DNA of 49,836 nucleotides from Gonapodya sp. JEL0774 (lineage: Eukaryota). This document shows, one piece after another, positions 34,192 through 44,756 of the stretch; position 1 is the first letter of the stretch; every line of letters starts with the position of its first letter. Location of the stretch: NCBI GenBank assembly GCA_027604505.1, contig JADIIX010000150.1:1-49836 (forward strand), given 5' to 3'. A program made the position numbers and the translations under genes. The notes beneath the pieces were generated by a model. The model was not told where the DNA came from. It searched no databases and worked only from the letters and a program-made list of their open reading frames with translations.

Positions 34192-37103
34192 TCACTTCCT
34201 TTCCTCGGGCTTCCTGTAAGGCACTCCGAGGGCATCAAAAATCTCCTCCTCGGTTTGTCCGGCGATTCGTATTCCGGTGTTCGTTTTCACACCTCCCACA
34301 CCGCGAGTCACGTCAGTGAACAGGCCTTTCTGAGAGAGATTCATTCCGTTCTTCCTGGCCAGTAATCTTATCGAGCGATTGAAAATGTCATTTCCGGTCC
34401 AATGCATCAATGCTGCTCCAAGATTGCGATACTCGGTCAGAAAAATGTCGAGTCTCCGGTGAGGTTTGTCCTTGAGCTTGACCACACCTTGCCATTGCTG
34501 ACAATGATTTGACAGTGAGTCTTGTTCTGTCGACGTTCTTTTAGACGTATTTCAATCACCTTTGCGTAATCTTCCTCAGTCATGTTCCTTGCCGCAAATG
34601 CATTCACCAACGTTTCGACGATAAACCCTTGAGCCCACAATCGTTTGACGAGGATGCCTAAGAAATCCTCCAAATTTTCGTCGTACTCATGCGCAAGAAG
34701 AACGTCGACATCTCCACACGATGTTGAACCACGACGATATGAGCCCATGATATATAACTTCCAGCCAGAATTGATGGCGCATGCTTCTGTCTCAACGGTT
34801 CGCCCAATTAGCTCAACTTCATCTCGTGGAATTCTCATTTGTAAGTCCTGCAACGAGGCGATGCCGTCAGGTCTAGCTCATCTTCCTCACATGGCAGCAG
34901 CATCCAAACCTCATAGTACTTCAAGCCAATTTTTTGATTGCTTGTGAGTTTCACGTTCCTTCGTATGTCATCCAAGGTCCTGTAGCCCAGGTTAAACCAC
35001 TTCAGAGCAGTCTTTGTGCCAACATCATGTACACTGGTAAAGAGCTTCACTATAAGCCTCTGCTCATCACTCTGGAGCGCCTTGAGTCTGGAATTGGTTC
35101 CTTGATTCAGAAACTCGTCGATCTGCGTATTTGTTCGTTTCTCAGTGGCATTCATCAGAGACTTACGAGAGGCACTCACATGCGCAGCAATTCTTTCTCC
35201 TATTCCACTCAGCTTCTTTGCTTCCTTGCCGGACGTGATTCGTACCGGGTGCTTCCTCAAAGAGGCGATAGCCTATTTTAACAAAGAAAGTGATATCAGT
35301 CGACATGTAAGCACAGGAATGACAAAAAGACGACACTCGCCTTGGTGTAATTAATACTTTTAAACTGCTCTTTCGCTTCGATCTGACCACCTTTTCGGTA
35401 CTCTTTCATAATCTAAGGGCAGCACCAGTAATGATTACAAAGTAAATGACAGATTGCCCGTTTATTCAGACACTTACAGCGGTCAACATTTCAACGATAT
35501 CAGAGTTGGGCCCGGCGTCCCGATCACCCATGGTTTTCCTGTCTCCAAGCAGATTTGCCTCCATGCATTGAAACTTGGCTTTGCCCAATTTGGTGTGATT
35601 CTCCACCATCCCTGAAGGTTCTCGGTTTTCTGGTGGGTCACCATAATTGCCCGCTCCGTTAACAACTAAGCGTGGAAAAGTCGTTGCCCATGTCTTCATA
35701 TTCTGCCTCTCATCATCGGTACTGTCCGAGACATCAGAATTCGACTCGTATTCATTTTCTTGTGGCAAGATATCCGACGCCATATGCGCTGGACTATCAG
35801 AAGATTGGAAAGAACTCGATACTCCGTCCCGTCGCTCGGCAATGTCATGTATTCCGAACAAAACAGCCCTGGCTTTCTCCCATGACAACTCTTCCTCGTC
35901 CTCTTCAACTCTCTCGCGAATTTGATCATCATCTCCGCGCATATCGCATCGTTCCGCTGAGCTATGATCCTTCCACTGCTGCACTTCTGTCTTGCTGCAG
36001 TCATTCAGACTCGTGTTAAGTTTAGCAGTCTGTGCCTCTCCATCGCAAATGAGCAAACTGGGGTATTGGATGTCGGAAGACCGAATCTCAGCGTATGGAA
36101 TTATAAGAGGCTTCTTCATACCATCCCTGATAGAATGCTCCAGCCAAAGTGGTTTCACAATTACAAAGTTTGCCTGGATAGAAGGTAGACACCTATTTGC
36201 ATTTCTCAATGTGAGTCAAGGGTTGATAACTCACCGAAGCGTATCCATGCATCCTTGCCTTGCTCTCCACACTCTCCTTGTCTACCGTTGATAGTACATG
36301 TGTGGGTGGCTCTGCCGCCAGGTCGTCTTCGGGACAGCAGGAACCGCCTGGATGTCCGATAACATGAATATTTGGCGAAACCGAAAACGAAACAGACAAG
36401 ACACACCATACCGCATAATCTTGCCCTTCAGCATTCTCGCGTACTCCGAATCAATCCACTCTCTCCCAAGTTTTCCACGTGGATCCCCACCTTCCATTAC
36501 CACGAAGCGCAAGCCAGAAAACAGTGTTTGGGGGTAGTGAGTCGCAGGACCCGACCCCGAGAACATCAGACGCTCGACACCAAGTGGGGCAGAGTTCGCA
36601 GGCTGGGACATGGATGGGGTTCTATGTCCTATTGCAGCAGCTTCCGCGTCATCTTTGTTCTTCCTCATACCTGATTTCGCTGTGGCACCACCTCTCTTCC
36701 TACCTGTTACACTAAAGCTTTCTGGCAAGACTCTTTTCTTGGTCATACCCGCAGGGGTAGACAATGCCACCGCCATGGCAGCCTTTGCCATGTCGGTAGA
36801 AGAAGCAATGGTGGGTTGGGATGGCGATGGTTCCACTACGGTGATTGAAGGTGCTTGTAATCGGTGGCGCTTGGCGACGGGAGAAGAGGCACCAGTGCCA
36901 GGGTCGGTCTCGCTTCCGGAGCTAGACTCCTTAGCCACACGGACGCGCTTGCTTATGATTTGTCGATTATCCATTGCATCAACTTTCTCTCCCTTGTTGA
37001 CGTCCATTGGCAATTCTTTGGGCCAATTTACTACCTCATGTCCAGTCGCGAGGTACTTGTGCAGTAGTGATTTCTTTCCCACGGTTGGTGCCCGAGAGTG
37101 CAT
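34192..37103 (-). CDS. DNA polymerase family X (Pol lambda / Pol4-like) with BRCT-like region, multi-exon; 5' end may extend further upstream
   Basis: LFSGLRFVV...IVKPLWLEHSI (BRCT-like); AKKLSGIGERIA and FTSVHDVGTKTALKWFNLGYRTLDD (HhH); MGSYRRGSTSCGDVDVLL; RRLDI; HWTGNDIFNRSIR; TEEEIFDALGVPYRKPEERK*. Confidence 0.95.
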
Positions 37104-37780
37104 GACAAGAGCCCCGCGAAGAATTGAGAAAGCGCGGTTACCAGCATTTACAAGGTTTGGATGCGCAAGGGAGAGGGTGGAGAGGACCTGAGTGTAGGGA
37201 ATCGCGCAAGGATGGTATTGAGCGTTGGAATTGTGAAGTCTGCTGCTGACAACTTCCTGCTGTGGTCCTCCCAGGACTTAATCATTATGAGTCTTAACCA
37301 TGCCGCTAATTTTGGTACCATAGGTAGCTCTTCCGGTTTGAGGTTTAGAACCGCACGCCACCTTAAAAATCACACTCACAGTGGCAACCCCAACCTTCCA
37401 ATCTCTTGTTTCGCCCGTCCATCTCGCCAGTGCCTTATCCGTATCAACTTTCCTGATTTCCTTCAACAATTCTCTCGCACCGTCCGTAAGCAATCCACAC
37501 TCCGACAAATCGCTCTCGGCTGTCTTCCCGTGATCCACCAGAACACATCCACTCTCTGCCAGAGCATCTTCCACTGCCCGCTTCAGGTCGGATACGGTAA
37601 TAATCTCCTCCGTGCCATAAGCGAACTCCCCTCGACCGTCATGGCTGATATACCGGTTGCGGAAGTGTGAATTTTCGGAAGCGATCAGATGGCGCACGGT
37701 AAACTTGCTAGTGACGGGGCGGTAGAGGGCCAAGCCGAGCGAGAGTGGGACACTCCGGCGTTGCTCATAGGGAGTGCAAG
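37104..37780 (-). CDS. Coding exon(s) of an unknown globular domain; either 5' exons of the PolX gene or part of an adjacent gene
   Basis: Protein-like ORF (LGLALYRPVTSKFTVRHLIASENSHFRNRYISHDG...WTGETRDWKVGVAT) with a gtgagt donor at 37379. It is in the same frame as the PolX ORF and separated from it by one TAA. Confidence 0.5.
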
Positions 37781-38135
37781 TAAGTGATATGAGACTAGTA
37801 CAAGGGAGAGGTGAAGTGTTGAGAGGTGAGACAGGCACGGGGAGACTGGCGGGGAAGGAGGAGTGTGCGGGCTGGGATGATCGTGGAGAGGGGAGCGAAA
37901 ATGAGACTCTGAAAACACAAGGGGGAAGACATATGCGGTGGCTTTCAGCAAGAGTGGTGGAGAGCGGGGTTCTCACAAGCACGCACAGTTTGGGGGGTCC
38001 GAGCGGGACGTTGGATGGCGCAGAGCTCGAAGGGGAAGGAAAGGGATTGGGCTTCGCCCTATGAGAAGTACCACAGTACGGAAAAGAACAGCATGTTCAC
38101 ATTTTTTTTGGGCGACAGAATTGAAATAATCGCAT

Positions 38136-38990
38136 TCACCTCTCATTCCTGACGGGTTTCTCGGGAGAATGCGGTCCGCCAGGAAAATTTGAGGCAAGCG
38201 AAGTTACAGAAAAGTCCTTACTACCAGCTGAAGTGCCAGCGAGTTCAGGTGTCCGTAATTTCGAACTTCGCAATGTATCTAAAAAGCTGAAATCCTCATC
38301 GAAATCGTCTGGTGCCAGCATGAGATGAGGAAATGCGACTAGAGCATCCGAAGCCGACATTTGCGAGAGAATCGAGGAAGAAGGGGGTTGTTCTTGGGAG
38401 ACACTATTTCTGATGTCGTGGGTGGAGGTTGTTCTTGCATAGACAAAACCGTCGTTCGTCAAGCTCGGCGTTGAACCTTCATCTACGCGCTCTGTGTCAC
38501 CAGAGCGAGCAGAAATGTCAGCGTCATACAGTTCTTTACCTTCGCTGACTCTCTTTTGGGTCTCCTTGATAGTATGGCTATTCACGATGTCATCAATCAA
38601 ATGCGAAGACTCGCGTCCACCTTCATCCGAGGTGTGAGCCAGCTCGCCGTTCAACAGGGGCACAGCAATATTGTGCAGCGTAGATAGTTTGGTTCTTGCG
38701 GTTCCATCGATCGTCCCTGTTCTCGGTCCTCGATTATGACGCCCTCCCCATCGACTTTCGTGTCCTTCAGTTTCCTCGTCTAGTGCCAGAGATTGACTTA
38801 AGGAGTCTAAATGTGCGGAAAATGTGCTTTCGGACATCGCATTGTACCGGGGCAATTTGTCTGTCGTTTGGTTTTCACACGGTGTAGTGAATGCAGGTGG
38901 GGTTCGAGGGGGATCCATCTTGGCGGCGCTGCCCGTGTTGTGGGGTTTTGTGCACAGCTGATTGAGGAATGAGCGTGCTACGTCGTCCAT
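38136..38990 (-). CDS. Uncharacterised, largely disordered protein or exon
   Basis: Stop-free ORF of about 285-307 aa, Ser/Thr/Asp-rich. It ends at a possible donor (ag|gtgaat), so it may splice into downstream exons. Confidence 0.55.
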   Translation of the reverse strand: MDDVARSFLNQLCTKPHNTGSAAKMDPPRTPPAFTTPCENQTTDKLPRYNAMSESTFSAHLDSLSQSLALDEETEGHESRWGGRHNRGPRTGTIDGTARTKLSTLHNIAVPLLNGELAHTSDEGGRESSHLIDDIVNSHTIKETQKRVSEGKELYDADISARSGDTERVDEGSTPSLTNDGFVYARTTSTHDIRNSVSQEQPPSSSILSQMSASDALVAFPHLMLAPDDFDEDFSFLDTLRSSKLRTPELAGTSAGSKDFSVTSLASNFPGGPHSPEKPVRNER

Positions 38991-39074
38991 ACTTGTGTTA
39001 TATTTATTGCTATACTTCTGCATTGTCAAAACACATGTCCATGTCGGCGGTGGTGCCAATATTGCTGATTGAGA

Positions 39075-41633
39075 CTAATACTCCCCCGCGGTCGCCATTT
39101 CATCCCTTCCAATGCTCATAATATCAATGGTTTGCTGTATCGTCGCCATGGTAAGCACACCACTGCCTTCTTCTTCTGCCAGTGCCAACGCCAAGCGAAT
39201 CGCGTTCTTGATCTGCCCACAAATGTGTCGATCTGAAGCTCCGTCCCACCACAACGAATTACAGTAAAAAACAAAAAGACGATTAAGACACGCACCTGTC
39301 GTCCGTTCAGCTTGTGCTCCCCGAGCTTGCGTGTGTCCACGGAATCGTCCACATTCAACCCTGGTCGCCCTGCCATACCCTTCGGAATTCGAGACAGAAG
39401 ATTCTCCCAAACCTGCACTCGTGCGCTTGGCGTAAGTTCATCATACTTAGGGAGCGTTGTGAGCAAACTTCTGTTTCAAAAAAATATGAGAAGAAGTCAC
39501 GTGAAGTGGGATACCCACTCGCAGAGCCACCGTGACTCTAGATTCTAGGCCAAAGAGTTTTAAGTTCAAGTGATGTTAGTAATAGAGGCAAAAAAAGGGG
39601 GTTTGGAGTGTACTCACCCAGAGCCGGGTCAAAATTCTTCACCCTGTTCGTCGTCAGAAACAGTATGCCTTGGTGGTACTCCACAAGCCTCAACATCACA
39701 CAAACCTACAAGGCCGGTCATTACATATTTCAACGTGAGAGGCAATAGTTTCCTGTCATTGTACTCGCCATGGCATTCCTCAGCACGTCCTGAGTTGCTC
39801 TTTTCTCCAAAAATACGTCCGCTTCGTCGATCAACACCAACGCGTTCCACCCCGCACATAGGTCCAGCACAGCGCTTAGCCTGCGCTCTAAATCCTCAGG
39901 AGTCACACCGAGCTCGCCCATGGTTACGTAGTAGAGGGGCCTCTGGAGAACTTCCGCAATGGCCTCTGTCAAGTGGAGACGTCGCGTAAGATATCCACAT
40001 CTCTCGCGAAAAACCATTCGGGCTATTCTTGCTATTTCATTACCAGCTGTCAGCGTCTTGCCTGTTCCAGGTGCTCCGTGGAGCAAGAACACGCTTCCGC
40101 CGCTCTTGCCAGCCACCACATCCTCGAAACCTCCATCCCCAAACTTGACAAGTGCCCTGATCAGTCTCTTTCTCTCTGGTGCGAGCACGAGCTGGTCGAA
40201 TGCCGTGGCGTTGAACTTAATGGGCTCCAACCAATCCACCAGTGCGTGTCCCCAAGCTTTGGAAGCGAAGGAAAATCCCACCACGGCGGGCCACGTCAGC
40301 GCGTACAGTTCCGTAGGTAGCTCATTCAATGTAAGTAAGGCATCCGTGGACGATGAGGGAGCCGAGCCGCCTTTCCCGTTGTTCCCCTCGTTTGCGATTC
40401 GCTTGTATCTCCCTGCAGTCACAATAAGCGCGTTCGTAGCCTGGTCAGAGCCTTGAGACGCGTGGTGACCTTCTGTTGCACCCCTTTCGATATCGACCAT
40501 GATGCGACCAGAGGACGAAGTCGAGACGGTGGATGGGCGGAGCTTGGCGCTGTGGTGTGGAAAGAAACCGTCGGGACGATACTGGACAAAATTGGGGGAC
40601 TTTGACGTGAGAGAGACGTAGCGGATTCCGCGGTTATGAAAGGGTAGGAGGGAGGATTCGGTCAGGAGGGGTTCGTAAGGGCTGAAGAAGACGATATAGT
40701 ATGAGTCGGAAGTCACTTTACAAGGGATCCATTAAAGTGCTCTCGCCATTGAAAATAATAGGCGACACTCAACACTTACAGGTCCTGAAGGGGTCTCGTC
40801 TTAGTCCCTGTCCACCCTGCCAACAAGTCTTCAAATGCCATTACCACGTAGTCTTTACCAAACGACGCTACAAACTCTAGTTGGAATTTGAAAACTTTTT
40901 CGATCCCAAAGAGCGACCTTCTCTCTTCAAAATGACAGTTGCGGACGTAGAAGCAGCTCCGTGTGCCTGCCAGCCCTGTCGCGCCAGAGACATTGATGCC
41001 AGGAACGTAAAGTTCCGCCAACCCATCGAGTGATACGTAGCCCCGTTTGATTGTGTCTCGGTAGTCGACTATCTCCTGGGCGTAGGCGGCCTCCACGGCC
41101 GAGACCAGGTCATCAAGTCCAGGAACGGTAATCGGGTCGCGGGGCTTGGGCACTGCGAACCCAAGTACACTGCAAAGATTCAGCATGTGGTAACGCACAT
41201 ATCGCGCGTATCCCGTCGGCGGGCCCGAATCACTGTTCGGGTCGTCGGCCGAGGTGGACTTTGACAAGAGGTCGTTGGACTGTTTGAGAGTGAGTTGGAT
41301 ACTGCGGAACTTCCCGAGCACCAAATAGAGAGCTTTCAGTGTGTGGAGGCGACCAGGAGTACTATTGGGGACCATTTGGCGTACCACGAGCTGCAATGCA
41401 ATTCATCACGATGACCGACTCCTGTCATTCACAGAACAATGATCACGTTAACCCACCGTGAGGGGAATAGCGTTCGCATCTTGAGCTTTAACGTCGTGGA
41501 ACTTGACAATTTTCTCCCCGTCTGAGCCGAGCTCGAATGTAAAGTGCTTGGACGATCCTTCGAGCGTTGCGGCTTCCTTGGATTGACTTTGGGGGGCACT
41601 AGGGGACGGCATCGGGGGAGGAGGTGGAGGCAT
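39075..41633 (-). CDS. Fungal AAA+ ATPase with long N-terminal domain, multi-exon
   Basis: VVGFSFASKAWG, FDQLVL, FEDVVAGKSGGSVFLLHGAPGTGKTLTA|EAIAE (Walker A), VLIDEADVFLEKR (Walker B), LNGRQ|IKNAIRLA. Confidence 0.93.
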
Positions 41634-42602
41634 AACGAATTAATAGTTTATATTGTAGAAGGGATCAACGACCAATGGCTTGGGTGGTGTGTGTGTTATA
41701 TTTTGAGACTGCAATAATTTTGCGCTTCTGCATCCTGTCAGGGGTCGATCAGTAAGGCACAACCATACCTTCATCCTTGCAGATTGGTTGGGATATACAC
41801 TGAAGCTCCCCTTCACTTTCTTCACCGAATATTCTTCCTGCAAATGGTATTCATGACAAGTCATAAAATGAGGTGCTTTGCGGATTGCTCATCAGCACTT
41901 CATGTTCTTTTCGCACCCTGAGACAAGCATGGATGATATTTGATAGCTTCAACAAACGAAATTCTGCTCTTGGTGAAATCATGATGATAGATTTAGAAAC
42001 ACTTTTGTATATATGAACAATTCCTGTGTCGTCCTGAAGTGCCTGACGGCGAATAGATTGACGGTCAATAAGCAACGGCCGGTTCCAGAAAAGAAATCAG
42101 AACTGTGAGAATGCGGGAATGCGGCGATGCAGCCATGTGCCACCGCAGTAAAATGACCACTTGACCATGATCAGAGACTGAACTTACTAAATGGTTTATT
42201 AATCGAGCAAGGGGGCACTTGCTACCATCTCTATGGTCCGCTAGAGTTTGCAAATTAATAATACAAGGACAATTTACTCCATAGAGATCAAGTCCATCGA
42301 CTCTTTGCCATTTCACCGCCTTCGTTGACGCTTTGACGGCAAGCGAGGAGAAATAATAGGGTGGGGATGCCATTGCAAATCTCTTCAACGTGTAGCTTGG
42401 TGGTGTTGTGTGAGGTTCTTTAAGGCGCGAGCGGACGGGGCTGGACTCTAAGGTCCGGTGGTGATGTACTTCCATCGAGTCCACAGGGGTCGACATAGAC
42501 GGATGGAACCAAAACTGCGGCTAGGGCAGGTGGCTCATGGGGAGTATCCCGTGCGAGCATGCGTTCATGAGTCTACTGCGCAGGCACCCTTCCGAAACTC
42601 GT

Positions 42603-42927
42603 TTGTCGTCTGACGCCCAACAATGTCGGAATTGCCTGGTGCCGCTATACTTCTGCCTCTCGTCTCGCTCGCGACGCTCAATTTACGTCCACCGTCCCCG
42701 CTCTGCGTCATCAACTGCTGCGTAAGTCGTTTTGCCCGTCAATACTGGATTTCTAGAATCACGAAGTCACTTAGCCTCCAAATGTATTACCACGGACATG
42801 AAGGTCGATCCCCTCAGTGCTATGACACCAAGCGAATGCCTCCCACGTGCCCGATGGTCTTGTTCACAAGCCTCATTCTTAAACGAAGGAGGTTGGCACA
42901 TATAGCAACCAACGCTCAGAAATTCCG
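42603..42927 (-). repeat. Diverged inverted duplication, arm 1 (pairs with 44041-44327)
   Basis: caatg[t/c]cggaatt...cgtctc[g/c]ctcgc[g/c]ac[g/a]ctca[a/g]tttacgtccacc matches the reverse complement of ~44230-44309. Confidence 0.75.
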
Positions 42928-43063
42928 GGACACTTCATTGGTTTGATTTCAAGAATATAAGACAGTACTTCCGACCGACCAACGTACTACTCCGGGATTA
43001 ACTGGCACAAGTGCCCTCCCAAGAGGCATTGAGTTGTCGAAAGCGGTTGCCCGCTACCAACCA

Positions 43064-43427
43064 CTAGTGAAGGTTAACGGAGAACCCCGACTTTGATTGG
43101 CCCTCCCCGCGCGGCCCTTCCAGGCTTCCGAACAAACGGGGCGGGGACGCTGCTCCCGTCCAGGTCTCGGTCCAGCGGTCAACCTCGAACCCAGACGGCA
43201 AAAAGGCAGCCCCAGGCATTCTCAGAGAGCAAGTGTCGGGACCGCGGCGGTGAACTCGCCACGGTCTTAGCCCGGCGCACTCGGACGGCCCGAGCAAGGT
43301 CGGCGTCGTCGTGAAGCAGGATGCGCGAGAAAATTCTGCACCGGGCCGACCAGCCACATGACCTAAATGTGGCACAGCAGGGAACCCAACAACTCACATG
43401 CAATTATTATAAATGTAAATTGATAGA
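43064..43427 (-). mobile_element. Candidate non-autonomous Helitron (364 bp)
   Basis: On the minus strand: A|TCTATCAATTTACATTTATAAT 5' end, a short GC hairpin (cggggttctccg) 10 nt before CTAG|T, insertion between A and T, no TSD, GC-rich interior. Confidence 0.5.
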
Positions 43428-44040
43428 TGTTTAATTCTCAAGGACGGCTTGATAATTGTAAGCATTATGCACCGTGGGTCCAGGAAAGAAGGAAAGACTT
43501 CGTTTCATGGTGTGGGGATCATGGTCTGGTCTCCACTCTGCTCTCTGCGGCAACGGTACACCGCTGCATCATCATACTCTAGACCACTAACATACTTCAT
43601 GTGGCGAACGCAGCTTTCAACAGGTAACCCACGGTCCGCTTGTGAGCCTCCTCTTTTGAACTCGCAGTCCTATCAACTGTTTGATATTGGTGGCTACATT
43701 TCCCAATTCTGCTGATTCGAAGATATTATTGGTGCTGTGATTTCCCTGAGATCTACTATCACCGGCGATTCTCATATGCATTGGCTACGTTGAACGCTCT
43801 GAAACATGTATCCGTGGTTCACGAAGTGCGTGAAATGGGAATTGGGCAGCGTCTGTGCACCCATGTGATATTCGAAGACTGTACCTCCGGGGTTCCAATA
43901 TTCACCTCGAATATCCGAATATTCGAGATGATCGAGACAGGTCTGCGGGTGAGTGATGGATTGATGATACGCGAAAGTAGAATTCTGAAAACGAGAGAAG
44001 AAAGCTAGGACGCTAGATGATCCCCGCAACGGTTACGATT

Positions 44041-44327
44041 CGGACTTTGAGCGATTTGTTCGAAACGATTGTCCCCACCTAATCGTCCGCATGTGCTTGG
44101 CTTGGCTGAGTTTCGCTGGACCATGCGCTTGGGAAGATTCGTGTCTTCGCAAACGCCATTTGTGTCCCTAATTCCAGATACCCAGGATTGAAGGGCTCAT
44201 TGACCCACGCAGCGGGGAATGGCAAGGACTGGCGATGGTGGACGTAAACTGAGTGTGGCGAGGGAGACGGGAACTGGAAGCATGACTGGAACTGCAAATT
44301 CCGGCATTGGTGCACGGCAGACGACAA
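44041..44327 (+). repeat. Diverged inverted duplication, arm 2 (pairs with 42603-42927)
   Basis: See arm 1. Translations GDGGRKLSVARET...RQTT and GDGGRKLSVASET...RQTT are colinear. Confidence 0.75.
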
Positions 44328-44756
44328 TCACTGCGCTACTTGACAAATTCAAGAGTGAGTAGATGATGGTGGCCAGGATCTGGGCTGGGGCGTATGGCTC
44401 CGGATTCCAATCGGAACTTGAGGAACAAGACCGAGCAGACCACCAACGAGAAAGGGAATGATTGAGAGGAAAAAGGGAGAAAACGGGAGAAAGCGAAGCC
44501 AACAAACATAAAAGTAAAGTGAAGTCGTTACTATGGTGCTTCTGACCTTGAGGCTGGAGTGGGTGAGCATGCGCGCGCGCCGCAATTCCAAAGGACTCAA
44601 GCACTGGAACAACATCGAACAAATGAAATAAGAAACATCCAACCTGATACTCGGCGTTTAGGATTGCCGGTAACAGGGAAAAAGACCGTTCTGTGTGGAG
44701 TGTCCTCCATACCCAAACCCTTCCATTGCTGACACCGAGTTTTGGACCGACCAATA

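Noticed and set aside
43143..43177. Minus-strand ggaccgagacctggacgggagcagcgtcc resembles SRP RNA helix 8
   Set aside because: The loop is not GNRA, the CAGG strand is absent, and there is no Alu/UGUAA 5' motif or long helix 5.
43270..43350. HDV-like ribozyme hint (ttctcgc loop after a GC helix)
   Set aside because: The P1 3' strand is far from the putative L3, so the nested double-pseudoknot order is not satisfied.
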